Shown here one piece after another: positions 1 to 9,270 of a DNA stretch of 64,000 bases. Source of the DNA: Calditrichia bacterium (lineage in GTDB: Bacteria > Calditrichota > Calditrichia > Calditrichales > J004). Location of the stretch: contig JACKAO010000004.1 of NCBI GenBank assembly GCA_020635035.1, positions 286,234 through 350,233 on the forward strand, written 5' to 3'. The notes beneath the pieces are model-generated. The model saw only the letters and a program-made list of their open reading frames with translations, ran no database searches and had not been told where the DNA came from. Every line of letters begins with the position of its first letter. The first letter of the stretch is position 1. The translations under genes were made by a program, and so were the position numbers.

Positions 1-2
1 AA

Positions 3-140
3 ATTGTAAAAGAATATATTGATCTTGTCAGCGAATGCGATTTAAAACAATTTGCAGGTATAGGCAGTTCGGAAAATGAAAAGATGATGACTATGAATAA
101 GGCGCGGACAATAATTACTAAAATGGAAAAACTTATATAG
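3..140 (+). CDS. C-terminal fragment of an unidentified protein, truncated by the window edge
   Basis: Frame 3 is open from the window edge to TAG at 138-140 (...NKARTIITKMEKLI*). It lies just upstream of a BatE-like gene, so it could be the preceding Bat-operon gene. That cannot be verified from 46 codons. Confidence 0.3.
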   Translation: MVKEYIDLVSECDLKQFAGIGSSENEKMMTMNKARTIITKMEKLI

Positions 141-151
141 TTTCTGCAAAT

Positions 152-907
152 ATGATCAGAATTAAATACTTAACAGCTATTTTCCTGTTATTCATAACGT
201 ATTCATTTGCCGCACAGGCTGAAGAAGATTTTGTTAAAGCGAACACCTTTTACTCGGCTGGAGAATTTTCCCGGGCAATTGAGCTGTATGAACAGATTTT
301 AAGTAATGGTTTTGAAAGCGGTGAAGTTTATTATAATCTTGGTAATGCCTATTATAAAACAGGAAATATAGGCCGTGCACGTCTAAACTATGAACGGGCT
401 CTTTTTTTTCTTGAAGGCGATGAAGCATTAAATCAGAATATTGAATTGTTAAAGTTGAAACTGGTTGATCAGGTTGAAGAACCGCCACGTTTATTTTTAA
501 GTGTCTGGTGGGACTATATATTAAATATTTTTGATATTAATACCTTTTCAAAAATTGTTCTTTGCCTGTTCTTTATTATGCTGATTTTCCTGGCTCTTTT
601 TATGCATTATAGAAGACGTGGCAGAACACGTTTGAAAAGAGTTTTGGTTGTAGCCATAGTGCTATGGCTATTTACCCTGATTATCTGGGGCAACAAGATA
701 TATTTATTTGAAACAGAAAAGTATGGGATTATATTAACCAGCACTGTGACAGTTTTTGCAGAACCTTCCGAAGATACAACCGAACTGTTTGTTATACATG
801 AAGGTACACGGGTCAAAGTTGAACGCAAAAGCAGTAACTGGCTCGAAATAAAACTTATTGATGGAAAAACAGGCTGGGTTACTCAAAAAAATCTTGAAAT
901 CATATAA
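152..907 (+). CDS. TPR plus SH3b membrane protein (BatE-like)
   Basis: ATG at 152. N-terminal signal/TM (LTAIFLLFITYSFAAQA), TPR-like repeats (AIELYEQIL...YYNLGNAYYKTGN), central TM helices, and a C-terminal SH3b-like motif (WLEIKLIDGKTGWV). The architecture resembles BatE of the Bacteroides aerotolerance operon. Confidence 0.6.
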   Translation: MIRIKYLTAIFLLFITYSFAAQAEEDFVKANTFYSAGEFSRAIELYEQILSNGFESGEVYYNLGNAYYKTGNIGRARLNYERALFFLEGDEALNQNIELLKLKLVDQVEEPPRLFLSVWWDYILNIFDINTFSKIVLCLFFIMLIFLALFMHYRRRGRTRLKRVLVVAIVLWLFTLIIWGNKIYLFETEKYGIILTSTVTVFAEPSEDTTELFVIHEGTRVKVERKSSNWLEIKLIDGKTGWVTQKNLEII

Positions 908-915
908 GGCGTACT

Positions 916-1413
916 ATGAAGTTTTTTCTCATCTTATTAATATCTTTTACTCTTTTTGCCTGCTCTTCAACAAAACAAGTTCAACAACCTGATGATAATG
1001 TTAGCAGTGAAAAGTTTGATGAGACATTCGATCCAAACAGTTTGGATGATGATGATATTATCATTGCCAAACATGAAGAAACTGTTTCCAAAACGGAAGC
1101 AGATAAAGTTAAAACAAATCCGTTGGATGAAAAAATCAGCTACCGTGAAGCAAATGGATTCAGGGTACAAATCCTGGCCACAAAGAATATTGAAACAGCC
1201 ACTTTAACCGAACAGGAAGCTAAAGATCTTTTTGCAACAATGGAGCATAAAGTCTACCTGATTTTTGATGCGCCGCTTTACAAAATCCGTGTAGGTGATG
1301 TAACCGACCGTAATGATGCCGAAGAAATCCGAGACACTGCCAAAGATTATGGTTACCGCGAAGCTTTTATTGTTCCCAGTAAAGTTAATATCCCTGAGAC
1401 AAAATCATACTAA
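916..1413 (+). CDS. SPOR-domain lipoprotein
   Basis: Lipoprotein-type signal (TLFAC), acidic linker, and a C-terminal SPOR-like segment (GFRVQILATKN...YKIRVGDVTDRNDAEEIRD...GYREAFIV). Confidence 0.7.
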   Translation: MKFFLILLISFTLFACSSTKQVQQPDDNVSSEKFDETFDPNSLDDDDIIIAKHEETVSKTEADKVKTNPLDEKISYREANGFRVQILATKNIETATLTEQEAKDLFATMEHKVYLIFDAPLYKIRVGDVTDRNDAEEIRDTAKDYGYREAFIVPSKVNIPETKSY

Positions 1414-1550
1414 AAATTTTCACTTTATAAATCCGCTATTACATCAAAAGACTGTCGTTTTTTCAACCATTTATATTTTAATTTCTTATATTTATATCTA
1501 CTTCCAGTTTAAATATAAACCATAATATTTTAATTATATTGAGGTACGAT

Positions 1551-3647
1551 ATGAATAAATTAGTATTTGTTTTACTTATCGGAGCAATGTTTTTTATGTA
1601 TGCCAAGCAGGATTCAAACAATCCATTTTACAGCGAATGGAAAACACCTTTTCAGTCACCACCTTTTGAAGAAATTAAAGATGAACACTACATGCCTGCT
1701 TTTAAACTTGGCATGGAGGAACACCTGAAAGAAATACAGGCAATTGCATCTAATGATGCTTCCCCTTCATTCGCAAATACAATTGAAGCGATGGAAAAGA
1801 GCGGCAAACTGCTGGATAAGGTCTCCTATGTCTTTTTTAACCTTTCATCGGCAAATACAAATGATGAAATGAAAGCAATACAAAAAGAAGTAAGCCCGCT
1901 TCTTTCCACGCATAATGATGATATCAATTTAAATCCCAAGCTGTTCAAAAGAATAAAGACACTTTATGAACAAAAAGATAAAATAAACTTAACCACCGAA
2001 CAGCAGCGTCTTCTTGAAGATTATTATAAGGGATTTGTACGTGGTGGGGCAAACCTTACAGATGAGCAAAAAGATCAGCTGCGTAAGATAAATGAAGAGT
2101 TGACTGTTCTCTCTGTGCAGTTCAGTGAAAATGTACTTAATGAAGATAATGCTTTTCAGATGGTTTTAGATAATGAAGAAGATCTTGCAGGATTACCGGA
2201 AAGCGTGCGAAATGCTGCTGCTGAAGCTGCAAATGATAAGGGATACAACGGAAAGTGGCTGTTCACAGTTCATAAACCAAGTCTGATTCCTTTTATTCAG
2301 TATTCTGAAAGGCGTGATCTGCGGGAAAAGCTCTACAAAGGTTATATAAATCGGGGTGATAATAACAACGAGAACGATAATAAAGAAATCATTAACAAGA
2401 TAGTTAATCTGCGGATACAAAAAGCACAATTGCTGGGTTATAACACACATGCTGATTTTGTACTTGAAGAAACAATGGCGAAAACACCGGAAAATGTTTA
2501 CGGACTGCTGGAAAAAGTATGGTCCCCGGCTCTTAATAAAGCCAAAGAAGAACGTGATATGATGCAAAAAATGATTGATGAAGAAGGCGGTGATTTTAAA
2601 CTCGCGTCCTGGGACTGGTGGTATTATGCAGAAAAGATCCGTATTAAAAATTATGATTTGAATGAAGACGAAATACGTTCGTATCTGAAGATTGACAACG
2701 TTATTAACGGATCTTTTACCCTTGCAAACCGACTGTTTGGGATCACCTTTGAAGAGCGTAATGATATACCCAAATATCATCCGGATGTGAAAACATATGA
2801 AGTAAAAGATGCTGATGGTTCTGTTATTGGCTTATACATGTCCGACTGGTTCTATCGTGACAGTAAAAGGGGTGGTGCCTGGATGAATGCTTTCCGTAAG
2901 CAAAGTGCAATGGATGGAAAAGCCGTTCTGCCAATCATAACCAATGTCGGGAATTTTACAAAACCGACTGCAGAGACACCTTCATTGATCAGCCTTGATG
3001 AAGCAAAAACTCTGTTCCATGAATTTGGCCACGCTTTGCACGGCTTGCTGTCTAAATGCACCTATCCTTCCATTTCCGGGACAGATGTACCAAGAGATTT
3101 TGTAGAATTTCCATCGCAGGTTATGGAAAACTGGGTTCTTGAGCCGGAAATGCTTAAAGCCTATGCCTTTCACTATAAAACAGGTGAAGTTATGCCGGTT
3201 GCACTTATTGAAAAAATAAAAAAAGCCGGTACCTTTAATCAGGGTTTTGAAACCGTAGAATATCTCGCTGCTTCTTACCTTGATATGGCCTGGCATACAC
3301 TGGATAACGTTGAAGACCGTGATATCAATGCTTTTGAAGAAGCAGCACTCAATAAAATCGGACTGATCCCTGAAATTATCAGTCGTTACCGCACGACCTA
3401 TTTTCGTCATATTGTAGGCGGATATTCATCCGGATACTACAGCTATATCTGGTCGGAAGTACTTGATGCCGACGCATTTGAAGCGTTTAAAGAAAATGGT
3501 ATTTTTGATAAAAAAACCGCAAAATTATATCGTGACAACATTCTTGCTAAAGGCGGAACTGAAGAAGGTATGAACATGTACAGGGCTTTCCGCGGACATG
3601 AACCGGAAATAGAGCCTTTGCTGAAACGCCGCGGTTTGCTGGATTAA
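1551..3647 (+). CDS. dcp: M3-family peptidyl-dipeptidase (Dcp-like zinc metallopeptidase)
   Basis: HEFGHALH zinc motif, length of about 698 aa and the overall M3 layout. A signal peptide is present. SD gaggt lies 5 nt before ATG 1551; the track ORF starts at an upstream TTG at 1539. Confidence 0.9.
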   Translation: MNKLVFVLLIGAMFFMYAKQDSNNPFYSEWKTPFQSPPFEEIKDEHYMPAFKLGMEEHLKEIQAIASNDASPSFANTIEAMEKSGKLLDKVSYVFFNLSSANTNDEMKAIQKEVSPLLSTHNDDINLNPKLFKRIKTLYEQKDKINLTTEQQRLLEDYYKGFVRGGANLTDEQKDQLRKINEELTVLSVQFSENVLNEDNAFQMVLDNEEDLAGLPESVRNAAAEAANDKGYNGKWLFTVHKPSLIPFIQYSERRDLREKLYKGYINRGDNNNENDNKEIINKIVNLRIQKAQLLGYNTHADFVLEETMAKTPENVYGLLEKVWSPALNKAKEERDMMQKMIDEEGGDFKLASWDWWYYAEKIRIKNYDLNEDEIRSYLKIDNVINGSFTLANRLFGITFEERNDIPKYHPDVKTYEVKDADGSVIGLYMSDWFYRDSKRGGAWMNAFRKQSAMDGKAVLPIITNVGNFTKPTAETPSLISLDEAKTLFHEFGHALHGLLSKCTYPSISGTDVPRDFVEFPSQVMENWVLEPEMLKAYAFHYKTGEVMPVALIEKIKKAGTFNQGFETVEYLAASYLDMAWHTLDNVEDRDINAFEEAALNKIGLIPEIISRYRTTYFRHIVGGYSSGYYSYIWSEVLDADAFEAFKENGIFDKKTAKLYRDNILAKGGTEEGMNMYRAFRGHEPEIEPLLKRRGLLD

Positions 3648-3652
3648 TTTTT

Positions 3653-3784
3653 TATAGAAGCTGTTTCAAAAGAAGCAATTATTAACATCCTGAATGTGTT
3701 TCAGGATCTAATAAGAAATGGATTTAAAATTCCGGAATCAAATCGGAATGAAATGTTTGATGGTTTTTGAGACAGCTTCTTATA
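3653..3784 (+). promoter_or_regulatory. Structured intergenic element: a long closing helix enclosing two hairpins
   Basis: 3653-3671 pairs with 3765-3784 (15 contiguous pairs including one G-U, plus 4 more after a 1-nt bulge). Inner hairpins lie at 3687-3707 (8 bp) and 3729-3749 (6 bp). A T5 run follows at 3788-3792. I do not recognise the class. Confidence 0.35.
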
Positions 3785-3792
3785 TAGTTTTT

Positions 3793-4566
3793 ATGGAATA
3801 TTTCATAATTGGTATAACAGCACTGCTGGCATCTGCCTTAACTTTATTCTCAGGTTTTGGATTAGGAACAATTCTGCTTCCGGCATTTATCTTTTTCTTC
3901 CCGGTTGATACTGCCATCGCGATGACTGCTATTGTTCATCTTTTGAACAATATTTATAAATTTTTTCTGGTTGGCAGGTATGTAAACAAAGAAGTTGTAT
4001 TAAAATTTGGAATTGTCGCATTTATTGCTGCTTTTCTTGGTGCCTGGTTGCTGCTGCAATTTTCCGGAATGTCATCGATTTATAATTATACATTGAATGG
4101 TAAAAGCTTCGCGATTCATCCTGTAAATCTTGTTATTGGGATTCTGATTATGCTTTTTGCAGTTCTGGATTTTATGCCGTCGTTTACAAAAATGGCGCTT
4201 CAACCCAAATGGTTACCTTTGGGTGGACTGCTCAGCGGGTTCTTTGGCGGATTATCGGGGCATCAGGGGGCTTTTCGAACAGCATTCCTGATAAAATGCG
4301 GTCTGAGTAAGGAGTCATTTATTGCAACAGGTATAACCATTGCAATGATAATCGATGTCTCACGGTTGTTTATGTACTCTTCACGATTTAGTCTTGAACT
4401 TAGCGCTGCTAATACAAGTATTCTGATAACCGCTATCGTCGCTGCGTTTACCGGGGCTTTTATCGGAACACGGCTTATGAAAAAAATAACCATGAAAAGT
4501 GTGCATTTGCTTGTAGGTATTTTATTGTCACTAATCGGGCTCGGACTGATCAGCGGCTTAATTTAA
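3793..4566 (+). CDS. TauE/SafE (TSUP) family anion exporter membrane protein
   Basis: Polytopic membrane protein with two GxxGG-type repeats (FSGFGLGTILLP; LLSGFFGGLSGHQGAF), typical of the TSUP family. The start at ATG 3793 (MEYFIIGITALLA) is preferred over the track start at 3718, which would place the structured element inside coding sequence. Confidence 0.75.
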   Translation: MEYFIIGITALLASALTLFSGFGLGTILLPAFIFFFPVDTAIAMTAIVHLLNNIYKFFLVGRYVNKEVVLKFGIVAFIAAFLGAWLLLQFSGMSSIYNYTLNGKSFAIHPVNLVIGILIMLFAVLDFMPSFTKMALQPKWLPLGGLLSGFFGGLSGHQGAFRTAFLIKCGLSKESFIATGITIAMIIDVSRLFMYSSRFSLELSAANTSILITAIVAAFTGAFIGTRLMKKITMKSVHLLVGILLSLIGLGLISGLI

Positions 4567-4572
4567 ATATCG

Positions 4573-5649
4573 CTAAATCCACTTTTTCTTTTTAAAAAAG
4601 AGCATAAATCCTGCTGCGACTAAAAAAGTTAAAAACCAGAATAAAAGATACCCGTAGCGATATTCCAGCTCAGGCATATTAAAGGGGCTGATTCCTGTAT
4701 CAAAGTTCATCCCATAAACACCTGCAAGAAATGAAAGCGGAATGAAAATGGTTGCTATAATAGTAAGCACCTTCATAACTTCGTTCATTTTTATACTCAT
4801 TGATGACATATACAAATCTAAAAGCGATGTTACAATATCCCTGGTACTTTCAATTGCGTCGATAATCTGGATAGTGTGCTCGTATAAATCCCGGATATAC
4901 TGCCGCGTTGATTTTTTTACCAGATTCGGCTGCGATTGCTGCAGGGTTGTAATGGATTCTCTTAACGGATAAACCGAACGGCGCAGGTATAAAATTTTAC
5001 GCTTCAGAAAGTGAATTTTTTCAACCAGGTCATCAGTTGGCTTTTTCAGGACCTTATCTTCCAGGTTTTCTATTTCTTCACCAATGCTTTCAATTACAAT
5101 AAAATAGTTATCTACAATAACGTCCATCAGGGCATAAGCAAGGTAGTCTGCACCGCTTTTACGAATCCTGCCCATACTGTTCTTTATCCGGGCACGAACC
5201 GGATCAAATAAATCGCCTTCGGTTTCCTGGAATGTCAGTAAGAAGTTTTTTCCAAGGATCATGCTGACCTGCTCGGTCTGAAGAGAATTGTTTTTATAAT
5301 TAAGCATCTTTAGGATAATGAGAATGTAATGATCAAATATCTCAATTTTGGGTCTTTGATGCGTGTTAAGAATATCTTCAATAGTTAATGGATTTATCTC
5401 ATATTGTAACCCTATTTTTTCCAGGATAGATGTATCATGCAAACCATCTATATTAATCCAGGAAATGGTTTCTCTGGATCTGTAAATCTCAGTCTCATCT
5501 ATGCTGTTTAATACAGCCGTGTTAAACTGCTGCTGGTCGTAATCAATCGCACTGATTTTTACCTGTTCCACTCTCTTTTGACCAACATAAACATAACTTC
5601 CGGGTGGCATCCCCACCTTGGCAGATCGTTTTTCATTGAGTTTTTTCAT
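4573..5649 (-). CDS. corA: CorA magnesium/cobalt transporter
   Basis: C-terminal GVYGMNF (GMN) motif followed by two TM helices, with a long soluble N-terminal domain. Start chosen at MKKLNEKRS; 5673 is an alternative. Confidence 0.9.
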   Translation of the reverse strand: MKKLNEKRSAKVGMPPGSYVYVGQKRVEQVKISAIDYDQQQFNTAVLNSIDETEIYRSRETISWINIDGLHDTSILEKIGLQYEINPLTIEDILNTHQRPKIEIFDHYILIILKMLNYKNNSLQTEQVSMILGKNFLLTFQETEGDLFDPVRARIKNSMGRIRKSGADYLAYALMDVIVDNYFIVIESIGEEIENLEDKVLKKPTDDLVEKIHFLKRKILYLRRSVYPLRESITTLQQSQPNLVKKSTRQYIRDLYEHTIQIIDAIESTRDIVTSLLDLYMSSMSIKMNEVMKVLTIIATIFIPLSFLAGVYGMNFDTGISPFNMPELEYRYGYLLFWFLTFLVAAGFMLFFKKKKWI

Positions 5650-5711
5650 AAAAGAAAAACCTTCCTGTAACAAGATTAAACCGGTTATTAAGTTGTTATT
5701 TTTTGTTTTAC

Positions 5712-6671
5712 TTAATCTTTCGATGGCTTTATCAGTATTGAAGCCATTATTCCTGCTAAAAGTAATAAAAAGATTACAATCAGTGAAACCCAGGCTGCAA
5801 TATGAAGCCAGGCAGATATAAGCATTTTAACACCGACATAAGCCAATATAAAGGACAGGCTTAATTTAATAAACCTGAATTTTGCAAGCATTGCTGAAAG
5901 TGCAAAGTAAAGCGAGCGCAATCCAAGGATAGCGAACACATTTGATGTAAATACTATGAAAGGATCAAGGGTTACCGCAAAAATTGCCGGGATAGAATCC
6001 ACAGCAAATAACAAATCACTGCTTTCGATAACAACTAATGCAATAAACATGGGTGTTACTGCGTGTTTTCCATTCACAGCTGTGAAGAATTTTTCACCAT
6101 CCAAAGTTTTACTGACCGGGTAAATTCTTCGTACAAATTTTACAAAAATATTGCGATCAGGATCGATGTTCTCCTCCTGTGAAGTGATCATTTTAATTGC
6201 CGTGAAAATCAGAAAAGCACCAAAAACATAAATCATCCAGCCAAATTTGGTGATAAGTGCAATCCCCCCGCCAATCATTAATCCGCGCATTATTAAAGCA
6301 CCCAGGATACCCCAGAACAAAACCCGGTGCTGATAAATATCCGGAATTTTGAAGTAAGTAAAGATGAGTGCAATTACAAAAATATTGTCCAGGCTTAATG
6401 ATTTTTCTATAAAATAACCTGTTAAGAACTGCAGGGCTGCTTCTTTTCCGGAAAGGGTGTGACCAATAGCTTCACCGATTCCCAGCCAATGGTGTTCGTA
6501 CATGAAATAAATGAGTATGTTAAAAAGAAGTGATAAAAAAATCCAGAAACCTGTCCAGAGCATAGCTTCTTTAATACTTATCGCATGTAGTTTTCTATGG
6601 AATACACCGAGATCCAAGGCAAGCATTGCCATTACAAATACCAGGAAACCAACCCACAACCAGATTGTCAT
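5712..6671 (-). CDS. TerC family integral membrane protein (Alx/TerC-like)
   Basis: About 319 aa and polytopic. It has the duplicated TerC-type pattern (EKSLSLDNIFVIALIF ... ESSDLLFAVDSIPAIFAVT). It is co-directional with corA downstream. Confidence 0.8.
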   Translation of the reverse strand: MTIWLWVGFLVFVMAMLALDLGVFHRKLHAISIKEAMLWTGFWIFLSLLFNILIYFMYEHHWLGIGEAIGHTLSGKEAALQFLTGYFIEKSLSLDNIFVIALIFTYFKIPDIYQHRVLFWGILGALIMRGLMIGGGIALITKFGWMIYVFGAFLIFTAIKMITSQEENIDPDRNIFVKFVRRIYPVSKTLDGEKFFTAVNGKHAVTPMFIALVVIESSDLLFAVDSIPAIFAVTLDPFIVFTSNVFAILGLRSLYFALSAMLAKFRFIKLSLSFILAYVGVKMLISAWLHIAAWVSLIVIFLLLLAGIMASILIKPSKD

Positions 6672-6835
6672 TTACGTATCACTTTGTTAGATTTGAATAG
6701 TTTTCAATAAATTTAATTTTAGATTAAATTTTAATTATTTTTAGTGTTTCAGCACATTAAAGACATTATACAAATCTAATTTTATTAAACCCTTATTCGC
6801 AATTTTAAAATTTTTAATCAATTATAGGACTAAAA

Positions 6836-7636
6836 ATGAATACCCCGAAAGATTATCCGTGGGGATCGTATGATTTAAATGCCGGTGAATCAGTCTTCTG
6901 GCGATTGGGTCCGTTAAACCTATGGTGCAAAAAAGTGGAAGATGAGCTTTGGATTGGGTTTTTGTACGATCAGGAAGGTGAAGAAAACAACGATCCCAAT
7001 GATAACCCTGCTCCGCCTGATAATTTAAATTGGGAGCGCTGGCTTTTAAAAAAGGGATCGGGAAAGCTTGAGCTAAAACCTGCTTTCCCTGATTTACCGG
7101 TTGTGGTGAAACCTGAATACGCATTCAGGGTTGGTCCAAACGCTGCTGCAAAAGTGTTTGTAAGAGTCCCGCTTTGGGTGCAATTAAATCACGGCAATTT
7201 TAAAGTAACTGAAATCCCTACGGTTAAATTAAGCAAAACATGGTTTGGGAACTTCAGGAAAGGTGAACTTTGTTATTGGATTTCTTCTTCTGCACGGCGC
7301 AGTGTAACCGAAGATCTTATCAGGATATACCGCGCTGTATGTCCTATTGATATTCGTAATAAATCAGATGATGAAATGCTGATTGATAAGATTTGTTTAC
7401 GTGTTTCACGACTGGCAATTTTTAAAGCAGCAGATCAGTATTGGGGCAGTGAAACAAAAGCACACTTTCGCGGCCATGATGATATGAGTGATTTAGAAGT
7501 ATCTAAAAAGCCGCCAGCGGATGCACCAAAAGCTGTTCTGGTAGCAACTGCCAGGGAAGAACATCATATGAGTTTTACCGCCAAAACATTTATGTCATTA
7601 AAGGAACTTTCAGGTATCGATTTTTTTAGCTGGTAG
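6836..7636 (+). CDS. Hypothetical cytoplasmic protein, family not recognised
   Basis: Clean 266-codon ORF with no TM or signal peptide and an acidic insert (DQEGEENNDPNDNPAPPDN). It ends 8 nt before the MscS-family gene. Confidence 0.65.
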   Translation: MNTPKDYPWGSYDLNAGESVFWRLGPLNLWCKKVEDELWIGFLYDQEGEENNDPNDNPAPPDNLNWERWLLKKGSGKLELKPAFPDLPVVVKPEYAFRVGPNAAAKVFVRVPLWVQLNHGNFKVTEIPTVKLSKTWFGNFRKGELCYWISSSARRSVTEDLIRIYRAVCPIDIRNKSDDEMLIDKICLRVSRLAIFKAADQYWGSETKAHFRGHDDMSDLEVSKKPPADAPKAVLVATAREEHHMSFTAKTFMSLKELSGIDFFSW

Positions 7637-7644
7637 GAGAAGGT

Positions 7645-8499
7645 ATGGAAAATATTCTAAACTGGGATTTTAAAGGTCTGATATCGGTTGAACGCATCGG
7701 GCTGATTATCCGGGTATTGGTAATGCTGATTGCCGGAATGCCGCTGATTTATATCCTAAGTCGCTGGAGCCGCAGATTTGTTACAAAAAAGCTAACAGCA
7801 CAACGCGGGATGATAACGGGGAAGATTGTTAATTATACCGGTCAAATTATCATTATAATTATGGCTTTGCGTGAACTTGGTTTTGAGCTGACACCGCTCC
7901 TTGGTGCTGCCGGTATCCTTGGTATTGCTATTGGTTTTGCTTCACAAACCAGCGTATCAAATGTAATAAGCGGAATATTTCTGATCGGAGAACAACCTTT
8001 TGTAGTTGGCGATGTGATCCGCGTCGGACAAACAATTGGTGAAGTTTTGTCGATTGATATTCTCTCGGTAAAACTGCGTACCTTTGATAATCAGTTTGTA
8101 CGGATACCCAATGAGAATATTCTTAAGAGTGAAGTTGTTACATTAACCCGTTTTCCAATCCGAAGAGCTGATTTGCTGATTGGTGTGGCCTATAAAGAAG
8201 ATATTGCCAGGGTACGTGAAATTTTAATGCAGATTGCCCATGATAATCCTTTATGTCTGCAGGAGCCCGCTCCTTTGATAATTTTTGAAGGTTTTGGTAC
8301 TTCGTCTATCGATTTAAAGTTTGCTGTCTGGGCTGCAAGGGAAGATTGGCTTACAATGAGAAATGAAATTTATGAAGAAATCAAAATCCGCTTTGATCGC
8401 GAAGGTATTGAAATCCCTTTCCCGCACGTATCAGTATATAAGGGAGCTGCGAGTGAACCTTTTAATGTAAAAGTTGTCGATCCGGATAATAAAAACTGA
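7645..8499 (+). CDS. MscS-family small-conductance mechanosensitive channel
   Basis: Three N-terminal TM helices followed by the MscS beta-domain signature (ISGIFLIGEQPFVVGDVIRVG...GEVLSIDILSVKLRTFDN). SD aggaga lies upstream. Confidence 0.85.
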   Translation: MENILNWDFKGLISVERIGLIIRVLVMLIAGMPLIYILSRWSRRFVTKKLTAQRGMITGKIVNYTGQIIIIIMALRELGFELTPLLGAAGILGIAIGFASQTSVSNVISGIFLIGEQPFVVGDVIRVGQTIGEVLSIDILSVKLRTFDNQFVRIPNENILKSEVVTLTRFPIRRADLLIGVAYKEDIARVREILMQIAHDNPLCLQEPAPLIIFEGFGTSSIDLKFAVWAAREDWLTMRNEIYEEIKIRFDREGIEIPFPHVSVYKGAASEPFNVKVVDPDNKN

Positions 8500-9270
8500 T
8501 TATTTATTCTTAATACTTTGAATAAGCTTGCTGATAGTTGTCCTTGTTGGTTGTGACCACCACTGATCCATAAAAGTGGCAAGTGTCCGGTCCCAATCAA
8601 TTTGCATGGATCGAATCAGTTCCCGTCTGAAATTAAGTTTGCTTGTTTGGAAAACTTCAGGGATTAGCGCCAGGTAATGAGCAAGTTTTTGTTCTGCTAA
8701 GAACAGCAATTCGTCACTACTGCATTTCTGGTCAACCAACCCGCACTTTAATGCTTCGTCCACAGATAATAGTTTTCCTTCCAGCAAGTATTGATAGGCT
8801 TTGTGTTTTCCAATCCAGAATGCATACATATGGAAAAAGTTTTCTGGTACGATAATTCCCAAAGGAATCTCATTCAGGCCGATTGTGTAGTCGCCGGCGA
8901 CCATTAATCGGTAATCAGCCGGTATCGCTAAAACGCATCCACCAGCAGGAGCATGCCCGGATATTGCTGCAATAAGCGGTTTGGGGAATTTTGCCAGTTT
9001 GACCATGATCTGAATAAGTGAAGACCAGAATTTTTCTGTCATATCGTGATCATAATCGAAAACTTCCATCACATCAACACCAACCGAAAAATAATCTTCC
9101 TTCCCTGTAAGAATTACTCCTTTTACTTCGGGGTCATCTGTTATTTCATTGAAGCAGATGTGCAGTTCATCCAGCATGTCCAGATTTATAGGATTGGCTC
9201 TTCCACGATCTAAGGTGACCAGAGCATAGTGGTGCTTCAACTCAATTCTCAGGTATTTAAATTCAGTCAT
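8500..9270 (-). CDS. Enoyl-CoA hydratase/isomerase (crotonase) family protein
   Basis: Crotonase-fold pattern (ANPINLDM...VILTG...YFSVGVD...AAISGHAPAGGCVLA). Start chosen at ATG 9270, which gives an ATGA overlap with the upstream SDR stop. The track ORF extends to 9348. Confidence 0.8.
   Translation of the reverse strand: MTEFKYLRIELKHHYALVTLDRGRANPINLDMLDELHICFNEITDDPEVKGVILTGKEDYFSVGVDVMEVFDYDHDMTEKFWSSLIQIMVKLAKFPKPLIAAISGHAPAGGCVLAIPADYRLMVAGDYTIGLNEIPLGIIVPENFFHMYAFWIGKHKAYQYLLEGKLLSVDEALKCGLVDQKCSSDELLFLAEQKLAHYLALIPEVFQTSKLNFRRELIRSMQIDWDRTLATFMDQWWSQPTRTTISKLIQSIKNK

Noticed and set aside
2193-2780. Long antisense ORFs inside well-supported genes: 2193-2780 and 2982-3410 opposite dcp, 42026-42400 opposite the HEAT gene, 59703-60131 opposite tetR, 61560-62126 opposite hlyD, and 6822-7124.
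   Set aside because: Each lies entirely within, and antisense to, a gene with clear family motifs. Their translations are low-complexity (Ser/Cys/Phe/Ile-rich) with no recognisable motif. This is typical of stop-poor antisense frames in AT-rich coding DNA.
5650-6835. Possible metal riboswitches: yybP-ykoY (Mn) upstream of the TerC-family gene (6672-6835) and an M-box upstream of corA (5650-5711).
   Set aside because: The TerC leader is almost pure A/T and lacks the GC-rich conserved cores of the yybP-ykoY motif. The corA spacer is only 62 nt, too short for an M-box.
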